Under the pieces are notes generated by a model, which was not told the origin of the DNA, did not search any database, and saw nothing but the letters and a program-made list of their open reading frames with translations. A DNA stretch of 64,000 nucleotides from the IMG/VR virus record IMGVR_UViG_3300046810_000166, positions 1-64,000 of that record; one strand, written 5' to 3'. Positions 53,447-63,536 of this stretch are shown one piece after another (the first letter of the stretch is position 1; each line of letters opens with the position of its first letter). The translations under genes and the position numbers were made by a program. This DNA comes from a virus.

Positions 53447-53911
53447 TTACTTTTTGCGGGCTTCCTCGCGCACGTCCAGCAGCTGCTTCTCCATCTGGTC
53501 GATGCGCTGCTGCTGCACGGCGTTGATCTCGGTGTTCTTGCCGACCTGCGCGAAGATCCAGCCGCCGGCGGCGAACACGATGGCCGAGAACACGCCGCAG
53601 AACCAGACCGCGACGCGCAGCCCGGCGGTAGCCTTGGACTCCAGCGCGGACGCCTGCTTCGACACGGCGTCGATGCTGGTGGTCAGCGCCTTGGTCGAGG
53701 CCTTGTGGCCCTCGTTGCACGCGGCGGTCTGCTCGCGCGTATCCTGCAGTTTCTCGTCCATGTGGCGGACGTTCATCTGTAACTCAGTCAGGTTCCGATC
53801 AATCGGCCCCATCAGGCGCTGAATGGCGCTCTCAATGCGCTGCACGCTTTCAGATACGGATTCCATTTTCCCTTCGAGCCGGGCAAGGCGCTGAACTCCG
53901 TCATCGGTCAT
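53447..53911 (-). CDS. Coiled-coil membrane protein (possible holin or lysis accessory)
   Basis: Coiled coil plus one TM segment; late motif at 53996-54003. Confidence 0.65.
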   Translation of the reverse strand: MTDDGVQRLARLEGKMESVSESVQRIESAIQRLMGPIDRNLTELQMNVRHMDEKLQDTREQTAACNEGHKASTKALTTSIDAVSKQASALESKATAGLRVAVWFCGVFSAIVFAAGGWIFAQVGKNTEINAVQQQRIDQMEKQLLDVREEARKK

Positions 53912-54020
53912 GGGGAGCCCCTGCGCGTGTGGTAATTGGTGGTGAAGTGCATCTTGGCATCCCCGGTAGTATTAAGCGATGCCTCCCACGTTACCGTCAC
54001 GAATCAGTATCGGAACAGTC

Positions 54021-54584
54021 CTACAAGAGCAGGGGCGGCGCGACTACGTGGCGGATGCTCCACAGCGTGGTTTCGGTGATGAAGCCGCAGTCAGAGAGCA
54101 CATCCGAGCCGGCCGCCGTGATGGTGCCGGCGCAGCCCTCGTAGCAGCTCCATTTCGATGGGTCTTGCCAGTCGCGATCCGGGGCGAAGCCCATGCCGAA
54201 CGCGCCCTTGAAATCGTAGTTGTTGTTCAGCAGGTACAGCGGGATCTCCAGCACCTTGCGCAGCCAGCCCGGCACCCACGCCTTGAACTGCGGCACATAG
54301 GCGCACTTCTGGCCGCGATACCAGTCCAGCCCGGCCTTGGCGTCCCGCACCGGGTAGTAGGCCTCGCGCACGATGCGCGCGCCCTTGATGGCCACGGCCA
54401 GCGGCACCTCGCGCACGCCGTAGATCATGTTCGCCTCGATCGCACTGTCGCCGTCGACCACGATGCCGTGCGAGGACTTCTGGAACGAGAGTTTGCTGGG
54501 CCCGACCATCCAGCGGATGAGCCAGCTCAGCGGGTTCCATAGCCGGGCCGTGTAGATAACGCGAATGTACTGCTGACGTGGCAT
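54021..54584 (-). CDS. Permuted papain-like NlpC/P60 (YaeF/YiiX-type) protein
   Basis: SH...VDG...IEA, YDF, W.C.E; late motif at 54631-54638. Confidence 0.8.
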   Translation of the reverse strand: MPRQQYIRVIYTARLWNPLSWLIRWMVGPSKLSFQKSSHGIVVDGDSAIEANMIYGVREVPLAVAIKGARIVREAYYPVRDAKAGLDWYRGQKCAYVPQFKAWVPGWLRKVLEIPLYLLNNNYDFKGAFGMGFAPDRDWQDPSKWSCYEGCAGTITAAGSDVLSDCGFITETTLWSIRHVVAPPLLL

Positions 54585-54648
54585 GACTCCTCCGAAAAGA
54601 AAATGGCGGCATTGCTGCCGCCATCATGTCGTCACGACATCCTGAACG

Positions 54649-55251
54649 TTATGGAATGTAGACTGCCGCGATCTGGCTAAGGATGTCGGTGGTCCGGCCC
54701 TGCGCCTCGCTGGGCGTCGCGGCCCGCTCCACCTCGTATTTGCGCATGCGCAGGTCGGCCAGCTGGCCCAGCGCCGCACGGATTGCGTCGGCCTGCTTCA
54801 CGGTGAGCTGGGCCGCCTCGTACGGGTCCAGCTGGGCAGCCTTGGCGAATCCGGCGATACGCGGCGGCACCTGCAAGGTCTTGCCGGCGGCCGGGTTGGC
54901 GCTGTAGTCGTTCACATACGCGCGGGCCTGCGCCTCGCGATCCTGATACTCGACAACGAACCGCTGCGGCGGCGCGCAGCGCTCGGCCACGGCATTGTCG
55001 ATCAGGTCGATCATCTGCTTCTTCATGACCTCATCGCAGGCCGCGATCGACTCGGCAGAAATGCCGGCTTTTTTAAGGCGATTCGGCGTCAGGAAGCCGT
55101 AGCCCGGCACCCCGAACTGGCCAAGATCCGCAAGGTGTTCATCCGGCATTGCATCGAGGCCGGTGATCCGGTTGGCAAACGTGCTGGGCTTGGGCATCAC
55201 GGAAATTGCGGCCTTCGCATTCAGGTCGCACAGGTAGTAAAACTGCGTCAT
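54649..55251 (-). CDS. Tail fibre assembly-like protein
   Basis: EY...EAQARAY, LRMRK pattern; last gene of the tail operon. Confidence 0.65.
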   Translation of the reverse strand: MTQFYYLCDLNAKAAISVMPKPSTFANRITGLDAMPDEHLADLGQFGVPGYGFLTPNRLKKAGISAESIAACDEVMKKQMIDLIDNAVAERCAPPQRFVVEYQDREAQARAYVNDYSANPAAGKTLQVPPRIAGFAKAAQLDPYEAAQLTVKQADAIRAALGQLADLRMRKYEVERAATPSEAQGRTTDILSQIAAVYIP

Positions 55252-55970
55252 GGTGTTCCCCTCATTTCATAGCGTTTTTTGCGGTGGTGGACCTTCCGGT
55301 AGTATCCCTTGACGCGCGAGGGCATCTGGAACGTGAAGCGGTCCTTGGCGTCCTGATCCCCATTGCCGCACGTTGCCTCGAACGTGTGCTGGTGGAAGGG
55401 GATCACTTGCAGCAGCGGGGTGCCGGCCGGGATCGTGAACTCGCACTCCTTGAGCACCGAAAACATCAGGTTCAACGTGTGGAAGGTTTCATAGTCGACC
55501 GCGCCCGGATAGACGTAAATCTTGTCCAGAAAGTCCGAGTGCATCAGGGCCGGGACCACGTAGCAGGACACGCCGGGCGCGGTTTGCACGGACCATGGGC
55601 CGGGCAGCTTGAATGCGCGCCGCTGCACCGAGTCCTCGATCGGCGCCAGTCCGTCGATGATCGAAAAGTCCATCGGCAGGGCGCTCAGGCCCGGCAAGGA
55701 CGCAAGACTGCCGTCCAGCTGGATCACGACCCCTGCCCGGTTCGCCTTGATGTGGATATCGCACCACGCCGGCACGATGTAGCCGGCATGCGCGAAGTCG
55801 AACATGCCGGGGCACTGCGCCAGATTCACCTTCTTGCTCGCCTCGCGCTGGCGGCGCGCCCATTCGGGGCACACCTTGCGCGCCGGGACGATCGGCGCAT
55901 ACAGGTCAGGGCGCCCGATCACGGCCTTGAACTCGATGTCGGGGCGCTTTCTCTTGAAGGGCCAGATCAT
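55248..55970 (-). CDS. DUF6065/dUTPase-like fold protein
   Basis: CPGM.D....GY.VP.W.D, PW...T.PG.S, PG.VD, IPAGTPL.QVIPF. Confidence 0.72.
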   Translation of the reverse strand: MIWPFKRKRPDIEFKAVIGRPDLYAPIVPARKVCPEWARRQREASKKVNLAQCPGMFDFAHAGYIVPAWCDIHIKANRAGVVIQLDGSLASLPGLSALPMDFSIIDGLAPIEDSVQRRAFKLPGPWSVQTAPGVSCYVVPALMHSDFLDKIYVYPGAVDYETFHTLNLMFSVLKECEFTIPAGTPLLQVIPFHQHTFEATCGNGDQDAKDRFTFQMPSRVKGYYRKVHHRKKRYEMRGTP

Positions 55971-56683
55971 TTTTTCACCCGCACATCGTCGGTGTAATAG
56001 CTGCGCCGGGACGCCTGAATGCGCTCGGTCTTGCGCACCTGCTCCACCTCGCGCGGGCTTGCGACGCGCACGACCGGGTCGGCCTTGGCGTCGGCGCGCC
56101 GGATCGGGATCACCGTGACCAGCGGCGTGCCCGCCTTCACCACATCATCGAAGTCGGGCAGGTGCCACACGGCCGGGAAGTTGATGTAGTTCGGATAGCG
56201 GTCGGTGTCGACCAGCGCGCCAAGGCAGGTGAACCGCTCATCGAAGTGGTTCATGGGCGGGATGAACAGCGATGACACGCCGGGTGCGGTGCGGATCAGC
56301 CAGCGGTTATGGAACTTGATCGCCGGGCCCCGGCCGGTCGGGCTGCTGGGCCCGAGCTGGGCCGCGTCATGGAAGCTGGCGGCCGGGCCAATCGGTGGGT
56401 TCGACACCTCCATGAACTGGCCGGTTTCGCTGGTGCGCACGTTGAGGTCAGCGAACAGCGGGATCGTAAAGCCCAAGGCCATGCCGTCGACCAAGGGCGA
56501 GCACTTCTTGGCCCCGAACGACTTGGCGCCGAAGTGATCGCGCCCCTCGATCTTGCGCGGTGCCCGCTTGAACCAGTCAGCCATCTGCTGGCCAGCCGGC
56601 ACCGGCTCGGGGATCACGCCGAAATCCTCCTCGGCACACAGGAACTCGATCAGCGGCGTCCTGAAAACGGAAAGCAGCCTCAT
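55967..56683 (-). CDS. DUF6065/dUTPase-like fold protein (paralogue)
   Basis: KKC.P..D.M..GF.IP, W.I.T.PG.S.LF.PP.N, VDTD.Y, AGTPL..VIP. Confidence 0.72.
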   Translation of the reverse strand: MRLLSVFRTPLIEFLCAEEDFGVIPEPVPAGQQMADWFKRAPRKIEGRDHFGAKSFGAKKCSPLVDGMALGFTIPLFADLNVRTSETGQFMEVSNPPIGPAASFHDAAQLGPSSPTGRGPAIKFHNRWLIRTAPGVSSLFIPPMNHFDERFTCLGALVDTDRYPNYINFPAVWHLPDFDDVVKAGTPLVTVIPIRRADAKADPVVRVASPREVEQVRKTERIQASRRSYYTDDVRVKK

Positions 56684-57279
56684 CGAATTTTCTCCCCCAT
56701 CGCCCACGTGACCAGCGTCAGGCGCTGGCCCTTGGTCACTGGCGCGACCATGTGCGGCAGGTGCGAATAGAAGAACAGGATGTCGCCCTGATTGCCGCGC
56801 AGGCGCTCGACCTTGTCCGGGTTGCCATCCACGTTAATCAGGACATCGCCGCCTTCGTACTCGCTCGGGTCGGACAGGAACATGATCAACGACAGCTTGC
56901 GGAAGCGCGCAGGGTTTGGCGGCGCGTGGTCGATGTCCACATGCCATGTGTAATGCTGACCCTCACGATAGCGCCCGTACTGGAAGCCGTCAAACTCGTC
57001 CAGCGACAGCTGGAACATCTCGAAATTCACCCGCCCGGTGACGCCCGAAATGCGCTCGAAAATCCAAGCGGTATCCGGGTTGTATTCGATCCACGTGATG
57101 TCGGTGTCGCGCGTGGCCGCATCCTCGGCACTGGCGCCGCCGCTGCCGACGCGCCCCTTGGCGAACTGAAGCAATTCGCCAAGGTCGCGGATCTTCTGGC
57201 ACTCCTCGGGCGTGAAGGCGCCGCGCCAACAGGCGAACGGCGTATATTGTGGCATGTAGTAGGAAACGGGAAAGCCCAT
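56680..57279 (-). CDS. 2OG-Fe(II) oxygenase (PKHD/prolyl-hydroxylase-like)
   Basis: Y.WHVD, RKLS....LSDP.EYEGG, H.V.PVTKG.R.TLV.W. Confidence 0.93.
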   Translation of the reverse strand: MGFPVSYYMPQYTPFACWRGAFTPEECQKIRDLGELLQFAKGRVGSGGASAEDAATRDTDITWIEYNPDTAWIFERISGVTGRVNFEMFQLSLDEFDGFQYGRYREGQHYTWHVDIDHAPPNPARFRKLSLIMFLSDPSEYEGGDVLINVDGNPDKVERLRGNQGDILFFYSHLPHMVAPVTKGQRLTLVTWAMGEKIR

Positions 57280-57284
57280 GTGCT

Positions 57285-57908
57285 TTACGAGTTGGTGATG
57301 TTGACGTAGCCACCCGAGGGCACGGTTACGGCGGCCGAGGTGGTGCTGGCAGGAATAATCACAGGAACATTCGTGATCGCGGTTGCCGGGCCGCCGGCAC
57401 CGCCGGGGAACGTCACCCCTAGGAAGGTCGACGGGCTGCCGGTGGTAGCTGCCACATATGGGTTGTAACCCGTTGCATACGTGGTGCTGGAATACGAGTA
57501 GTTGATGCTCTGATATCGCGTCCCGCTGGCATCGAGCTGGCCCGTGCCGTTGGCGTTGTCGTACGCATACGCGAAAGTGCCGTGGTCGTATGAGCTGGTC
57601 GGCGCCGGCGTAGTCGCCCCCGTACCAGTAGAATTGCTGCTGCCCGGCGAGGAATTCGTCCTATATGAAATATTGCCCGATGGGGATGGGGCGCCATAAC
57701 TGGAATACGTGGAAATGTTGTATCTGACGCCGGTCGCGTAGGCATACGAGTTCCCGCCGCTGGCGGCTTTCCCGTCCGCGCCCTTCCCGCTGACGGTGAA
57801 CTTGCTTTTGCCGTACGGGACCGGATAGCTGGCGGGCGCATTGTATGGGACCGTGCTTCTGGTTTTGACGAGCGTCTTTTCGCGCCAAAGTGACATAGAG
57901 AGCGGCAT
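57285..57908 (-). CDS. Ser/Thr/Gly/Tyr-rich tail-tip or adhesin-like protein
   Basis: Directly after the tail fibre gene; low-complexity composition; lower GC3. Confidence 0.65.
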   Translation of the reverse strand: MPLSMSLWREKTLVKTRSTVPYNAPASYPVPYGKSKFTVSGKGADGKAASGGNSYAYATGVRYNISTYSSYGAPSPSGNISYRTNSSPGSSNSTGTGATTPAPTSSYDHGTFAYAYDNANGTGQLDASGTRYQSINYSYSSTTYATGYNPYVAATTGSPSTFLGVTFPGGAGGPATAITNVPVIIPASTTSAAVTVPSGGYVNITNS

Positions 57909-57930
57909 GCTTCCTCCTTCCGGTTATCTA

Positions 57931-59787
57931 TCAGCCGCCAGCAGCTTGAATCGCCAAGGAGCCAAACCAAGTCGCGCCGCCGTCCGTGGTGAAGAACGTC
58001 CACACGTCGATCTGGTTTGCTCCGGTGGAGCGTGGTGGAATGGTGTTGCCAGACCATTGCGTCACCGGCCACGTAACCCCGTATCCTGCCGCGCTGTTCT
58101 TCGTGATGACCGTGAACGACTGGACGTTATTGCCCGCGATCGCGTTTGTGAACGAGAAGGTGGTGGTGGCGGAAATCGTTACAAAGAACACCGCCGCCGT
58201 CCGCAGGTCGAGCGCAATGGCCGCGCCCGAGGCGGTTGCCGTGGCCATGACCTCCACGAAGGCCTTGGACGTTTGGATGCTTGACGTGATCGCGTCGGCG
58301 ATCAGGCCGCCGGTAACGCTTGGCGACGTGAGCGCTGGCGAATTGGTGATGTCCGTGATCAGCGCCAGCATGCCATCCTTATCCGGCATGGAGAAAGTGC
58401 GCTTGGCCGTACCCGCGTGCGTGATGATGCTGCCGGCCGCACCGGGGATCAGGATCTCGCCGCTGTTGCCGATGGCCACCACGCCATTCACGGCATTGCG
58501 CGCGCTTGCCGCCACCGCATCGGTGATGCCGTAGCCGTTCAGGGTCGTGGGCTTGCCGGTGACGTTCGACCAATCCGGCTTGATGGTGATGGCCTGCGCC
58601 GCCGTCAGCCGGCCCTGCTGGTCGACCGTGAAGGCGGCGACCGCCGTGGCCGAGCCATACGAACTCGGGGTCACAGCGGTGTTGGCCAGCGCGATGGCGG
58701 GATTGCCGGCGATGCCGTCGCCATTGGCCACCGAGATCCCGGTGCTGGCGGTGATCGAGCGCGCGGCCGCCGTACCATTGCCGGTACGGGCGAGGAAGCC
58801 GCTGGCGGCGATCGCCGCGATCGCGGTCAGGTCGGAATCCAGCGGCTGGGCATCGGTGATGCCGAAGCCGGCGATCGTGGTGGGCTTGGCCTGCAGGTTG
58901 GCCCACGTGGGGTCAGCCAGCGCGGCGGTGCTGGCGGCCGTGATGCGGCCGTTGGCGTCGACGGTCAGCACCGGGATCGCGTTGGTGCCGCCATAGCTGC
59001 CGGCCGCCACGCCGCTGTCGGCCAGCGAGAACGTGGGGTTGCCGGCTACCGCGTCGCCGTTGGTGATCACGATGCCATCGGTGCCCACCAGCGTGCGCGC
59101 GGCAGCGGTGCCGGCGCCGGTATGCGCCAGCAGGCCGGACGTGGCGATCGCTGCCAGCGCGGTCAGATCGTCGTCCAGCGGTTGCGCATCGGTGATGCCG
59201 AAGCCGGCGATCGTGGTGGGCTTCTGCTGCAGGTTCGCAAACGTGGGTGCCGGGATTGCCACCTTGCCGGCAGCCGTCAGCCGGCCCTTGGCGTCGACCG
59301 TGAAGGTCGGGATCTCGGTACCAGATCCATACGAGCCGGCCACCACGGCGGTGTCCTTGAGGCTGGCGTTGATGCTGATGTTGGCCGAGCCGTCGAAATC
59401 GGCCTGCCCGGACAGCACGCCGGCCAGCGCGATGGTGCGCGAGCTCTGCAGCTTGCTGGCGGTGTCCACGTTGCCGCTGATCTGGCCGCTGGTCGAGATC
59501 GTGATGGTGTTCGAGGCGTTGTCGAAGGCCAGCGCCACGTTGGCGCCGGCAACGACATTCAGCCGCTCATCGGTGTCGACCTCGATCTTGGTGATCGTGC
59601 CGTCGCCGATGGCGAGCGTGTGCTGGTGGCCGATCATTCCCTGCGCGACCGCCGCGCCATCCAGCGCGACCTGCATATCGGCGTCGATCGCCGCCAGCGC
59701 CGCGCGCAGGCGCGGGTTGTCATACGCAAGGACGTTGTCCGGGTGCGGCAGCGGATACTGCCGCAGGTTGGTGAGTTGATCGTACAT
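57931..59787 (-). CDS. Tail fibre protein
   Basis: YPLPHPDN.L..D.PRLR.AL..ID N-terminus; KL...RTI.L.G...G...FDGS; KPTT.AG.GITDA repeats. Confidence 0.9.
   Translation of the reverse strand: MYDQLTNLRQYPLPHPDNVLAYDNPRLRAALAAIDADMQVALDGAAVAQGMIGHQHTLAIGDGTITKIEVDTDERLNVVAGANVALAFDNASNTITISTSGQISGNVDTASKLQSSRTIALAGVLSGQADFDGSANISINASLKDTAVVAGSYGSGTEIPTFTVDAKGRLTAAGKVAIPAPTFANLQQKPTTIAGFGITDAQPLDDDLTALAAIATSGLLAHTGAGTAAARTLVGTDGIVITNGDAVAGNPTFSLADSGVAAGSYGGTNAIPVLTVDANGRITAASTAALADPTWANLQAKPTTIAGFGITDAQPLDSDLTAIAAIAASGFLARTGNGTAAARSITASTGISVANGDGIAGNPAIALANTAVTPSSYGSATAVAAFTVDQQGRLTAAQAITIKPDWSNVTGKPTTLNGYGITDAVAASARNAVNGVVAIGNSGEILIPGAAGSIITHAGTAKRTFSMPDKDGMLALITDITNSPALTSPSVTGGLIADAITSSIQTSKAFVEVMATATASGAAIALDLRTAAVFFVTISATTTFSFTNAIAGNNVQSFTVITKNSAAGYGVTWPVTQWSGNTIPPRSTGANQIDVWTFFTTDGGATWFGSLAIQAAGG
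58520..59355 (-). repeat. About 2.5 tandem copies of a ~112-aa repeat in the tail fibre
   Basis: SYG....P..TVD..GR.TAA...KPTT.AG.GITDA occurs three times. Confidence 0.85.
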
Positions 59788-59802
59788 GAGCCGCCGTCAG
59801 GT

Positions 59803-61008
59803 TCAGGTGAGCGAAATGCGCAGGTTGCGCAGGCGCGGACGCGCTGCCGGGGTGCCGTTCAGCACCAGCTTGAAGCGCAGTTTCGCCTCGGTGACGCCGG
59901 TGGCCTTGAACGAGTACTCGTACAGGTTATTGCCCAGCGGGACCGGGGCCACGTCTGCGACCAGCTGCACCCATGCGTCGCCGGCATCGGCGCCGCTGTA
60001 CCACGCCGTAAAGCTGGCGCCGGACGGCACGATGCCGTCGATCAGCAGCTTGATGTTGGTGCCGGTGACATCGGCCTGCATCACCGGGGTGACGTAGTCG
60101 GCGGTCGCGGCGACCGCGCCGGCGCCCAGCTGGCTGCCCGGCTGCAGGACTGCGCTGTGCGAGGCCACCGCGTTCAGCGCGGCCTTGATGCCCACGTTGC
60201 CGCTGATCTTGGCGCCCAGCGAGATCACCTGCCCCGGTGCGGCGTTGTAGACGGTGCCGTCCGGCAGGGTCAGCACGTAGTTGCCGACCGCGCCCGGCAG
60301 CGGCGAATCGATGATGCCGGCCACCTGCAGTTCGCTGACGTTGGCCACGGCGACGGTGCCGAGGTCGATCAGGCGCGAGGTTTCGGTGTAGCGCATCGCC
60401 AGCAGGCGGAAGGTCAGGTCGCGGTCCTGATGCGGGGTCCACGTCGAGGCGTTCGAGGACGACAGCATGACGCCCACTTGGAAGGGCTGCACGGTCACCC
60501 AGCGCGCCGAGGAGGAGTCGTACTTGCCCAGCTCGGCCACGCCCACCGCCGGCACCGCGTCGTTGGTCAGCACCACGATCGCATACTCGACGTTCGGCGC
60601 CAGCGCCACCGGGGCAGCAAACATGAAGCGGTTCATCGCGTTCGGCGTCATCGCGCTGGCCTGCATGATCGACTCGCCCAGCACCACCTGCGACGGCACG
60701 CCATAGCCGGTTTCGCGCAGCTGCACGCGCACCGGCTTGGTGCCGATCGCGGTCATGAACACGTCCACGCCCGGCACCTGCTCGGGGCTGTTCAGCGTGA
60801 AGGTCTGCGCCAGCGGGTCGTAGCGGTTGATGATGGTGGTGGTCAGCTTCTGCAGCACCGAGTCGGTGATGGTGCCATCGCCGACGAACATGGCGCCACC
60901 AAGGCTGCCCTGCTCGCCCAGCACGCGCACCTCCTTGCGGCCGGCCGGAACGTTGGCCGGAATCGTGAACTTGCCGGTGATGCGGCCGTTGTTATCTGCT
61001 TTCAACAT
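59803..61008 (-). CDS. Tail/baseplate protein (continuation of the DUF4815-type module)
   Basis: G.FTIPANVPAG, DPLAQTF.L, GV..SSSNASTWT.HQD.DL.F. Confidence 0.8.
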   Translation of the reverse strand: MLKADNNGRITGKFTIPANVPAGRKEVRVLGEQGSLGGAMFVGDGTITDSVLQKLTTTIINRYDPLAQTFTLNSPEQVPGVDVFMTAIGTKPVRVQLRETGYGVPSQVVLGESIMQASAMTPNAMNRFMFAAPVALAPNVEYAIVVLTNDAVPAVGVAELGKYDSSSARWVTVQPFQVGVMLSSSNASTWTPHQDRDLTFRLLAMRYTETSRLIDLGTVAVANVSELQVAGIIDSPLPGAVGNYVLTLPDGTVYNAAPGQVISLGAKISGNVGIKAALNAVASHSAVLQPGSQLGAGAVAATADYVTPVMQADVTGTNIKLLIDGIVPSGASFTAWYSGADAGDAWVQLVADVAPVPLGNNLYEYSFKATGVTEAKLRFKLVLNGTPAARPRLRNLRISLT

Positions 61009-61024
61009 GGTCTATGTGCTCCGC

Positions 61025-63013
61025 TTAGACTGCGACCGGCGCCACCGGGATGCCGTCGAAGGTGATGGTGGAAAGATTCTCGTTCGGCGAGAAGCCGTCG
61101 ATGGAGAAGGTCACGTCGATCTGGCGGATGTACTGCGCCGCGCGCGTGGAGCTCGACACCACCTTCGTGGTTGTGGTGGTCCCCAGCACCTCCTTGAGCA
61201 CGCCCGAGCCCTGATACAGCACGGCGGTGGCATCGCTGGTGAACACGCTATGGCTTTCCGTGTAGTGGTCCGCCGGCGGGTTCAGCACCAGCGTGGCCGG
61301 GATCGGGTCGAAGGCGCTGTAGGGGTTCACGGCCATCGAGCCGGTGCGCGCGGTCTGCTCCAGCACCGGGGTGATGTTGGCGTTCAGCGCCACCGGGCGC
61401 ACCACATCGTTGCTCAGGCGAGTGAAGGTGCCAGTGATCGGCAGCACCAGCTCGCCGCCGACGATCGCGGCGGTCTGCGCCACGCCGGCATCGCGCAGGC
61501 TGTCGTTGGTGAAGGGGTCGACAAACAGGCCCTTCTTGGCCGCCGCAGAGCGCGAGTTCGCGTCCGCCGTCAGGCGCTGCTGGGCGATCAGATCGGTCAG
61601 CACGTCGAGGCGCGCGCCCAGCTGCTCGATGTCGCTCATGGGCACCACGCGCGAGCCATCCTGCTGGATGGTGGTGGTGTCGTCCCAATTCTGGTCCACG
61701 CGGGCGATCGGCAGGTACAGCGACGGCACCTGCGGCGCCACCGGGTAGAAGTCGGTAGAGGTGCCGGCGATCCACTGGAACGAGCCGTCCTGCGTGATGC
61801 ACAGGCGGTCGATGCGCGGCAGCTTGACCTCATACGAGGTCAGGATCAGGGAGCCCGCCACGGCGCCGGCGACGGTGAAGCCGGTGCCGTCCACATCGGT
61901 CGGCGCGACCGTGGTGATGTAGCGGTAGATCGCCTTGTAGCTCGAACCGATGTTCGGCTCGACGCCATCGAGCGACCAGTCGATCTTTTGGCCGGTCAGC
62001 TTGTAGTCGACGCCCACGGTGTAGGTGGTGCCGCCGGTGAAGCCCGACAGGTCCGCATTGGGCGCACCGCCCTGATTGATCGCCACCAGCTCAACGATCG
62101 AGCCGTCCGGCAGCGGATCTTGGGAGCCGAGGAACGAGCCATGGATGATGTCGGCGACCTTCTGCGCGGTGATGCGCACCTGCGTGATGCGGTTGACCGG
62201 GGTGCGGTCAAAGGTAACGCGCTGCGCAGCCACGCCGGCGGACAGCCACGGCTCGGAGTCGATCAGGCGCAGCTCGGGCGCGGCCGGGTAAGGCAGGCGG
62301 CGCGAGGTCGGCAGCTCGACGGCATAGCCGTTCACGCGGGCCGAGCCCGAGTCGATGCTGTACTGCTGGACGCCGCCGCTGTCGGCCAGTTTGGTGACTT
62401 TCAGGCCCGACACGACATAGTCGCCGCCGGTGGAGTCGCGGTCATAGCGCGCGATCGCCTGCGACACGGAATCCAGCTCGGGCGGGGTGACCTTGACGCG
62501 CATGACGCCATAGTCGGCGGTGTAGACCGGGTAGAACTCGCCGGCTTGGCCATCGCTCGAACCGGCAGCCTGCCAGCCCCACGAAGTGGCCACCTGCAGG
62601 CGGCCGGCGCCCGGCTCCTGATAGTTGCGCACTTCCTGCGCCGGATCGCGCAGCGACGGGTCTTGCAGCTCGGTGACGGTGGTGTCGAGCAGGTAGATGC
62701 CGATGATGACGGTCTTGTCGATCGGGATGGAGAACTGCTTTGCGTCGATGGTGCGCACGGTGCCGCGCAGGTAGACCGAGCCGGCAGCGCACTGCGCCGC
62801 GCCGGTGACCGGGTCGAGCACCAGCTGGCCGTCCTTGATCAGGTCACCATCCTTGAAGATGGCGTCGGCCACGCGCTTGAGGCGATCGATCGATGAGGAC
62901 TGGATCTCGTTGAGCTCGGCGCCCTGCAGGACGTAGCCCGAGCGGAACATCAGGCGCTCGTAGTTCTTCGAGGGGTCGAAGCGGTTGTAGTAGTGAAGAA
63001 GGCTATCGGCCAT
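61025..63013 (-). CDS. DUF4815-domain tail protein
   Basis: YYNRFDP.K.Y....F....LQ.AELNEIQ, PGA.RL, G.FVDPF..D..RD.G. Confidence 0.85.
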   Translation of the reverse strand: MADSLLHYYNRFDPSKNYERLMFRSGYVLQGAELNEIQSSSIDRLKRVADAIFKDGDLIKDGQLVLDPVTGAAQCAAGSVYLRGTVRTIDAKQFSIPIDKTVIIGIYLLDTTVTELQDPSLRDPAQEVRNYQEPGAGRLQVATSWGWQAAGSSDGQAGEFYPVYTADYGVMRVKVTPPELDSVSQAIARYDRDSTGGDYVVSGLKVTKLADSGGVQQYSIDSGSARVNGYAVELPTSRRLPYPAAPELRLIDSEPWLSAGVAAQRVTFDRTPVNRITQVRITAQKVADIIHGSFLGSQDPLPDGSIVELVAINQGGAPNADLSGFTGGTTYTVGVDYKLTGQKIDWSLDGVEPNIGSSYKAIYRYITTVAPTDVDGTGFTVAGAVAGSLILTSYEVKLPRIDRLCITQDGSFQWIAGTSTDFYPVAPQVPSLYLPIARVDQNWDDTTTIQQDGSRVVPMSDIEQLGARLDVLTDLIAQQRLTADANSRSAAAKKGLFVDPFTNDSLRDAGVAQTAAIVGGELVLPITGTFTRLSNDVVRPVALNANITPVLEQTARTGSMAVNPYSAFDPIPATLVLNPPADHYTESHSVFTSDATAVLYQGSGVLKEVLGTTTTTKVVSSSTRAAQYIRQIDVTFSIDGFSPNENLSTITFDGIPVAPVAV

Positions 63014-63020
63014 GGTTTCC

Positions 63021-63503
63021 TCAGAAGGTGACGACGAACTCGAACGACTGGCGCACGGCCGCGTTACGGGTGAATTTCTGGACGCGCTCCAGCGCCAGCA
63101 TCTGGCCGGTGTTTTCCAGCTCGGCCAGCGTGAAATACTTCTGCCCCGGCGGCAGGCCTTCCTTGATCACCGTGCCGAGGAATACCGCGACCTCGCGGAT
63201 GTCGCTCGCCGAGGCATCGGTGAAATCAAAGTTGAACCGCATATAGAGGTTGTTGGTCGGCGCCTCGCTGATGGAGAAGCGGCCGTTCGGGACGATGATG
63301 TCGCCCGCCGGATCGGGCTTGCAGTACAGGGTCTGCGTCACCTCGCGGCGGCCGATCTCCGACTCAAGGCCCTCGGCCAGCGTCGATTCCGGCTCGGGCG
63401 TGAAATCCCACTCCTCGCGGCCGGTGCCCCATGCCATGTGCAGGGGCATGCTCCTGATGGCCATCGCGACGGCGGCGCGGCCCGAGTTGGTAAGAATTGC
63501 CAT
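63021..63503 (-). CDS. P1 gp16-like baseplate/tail protein
   Basis: MAIL..SGRAA.A.AI....H.AWG.G, IRE..VF; late motif at 63536-63543. Confidence 0.8.
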   Translation of the reverse strand: MAILTNSGRAAVAMAIRSMPLHMAWGTGREEWDFTPEPESTLAEGLESEIGRREVTQTLYCKPDPAGDIIVPNGRFSISEAPTNNLYMRFNFDFTDASASDIREVAVFLGTVIKEGLPPGQKYFTLAELENTGQMLALERVQKFTRNAAVRQSFEFVVTF

Positions 63504-63536
63504 GTGGTAGAGCTCCTTTTACTGTTGAGTATGTAG

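Noticed and set aside
57931-59787. Tail-fibre repeats as a DGR or invertible shufflon
   Set aside because: They are in-frame tandem protein repeats; no reverse transcriptase, no inverted fibre cassette and no adjacent invertase.
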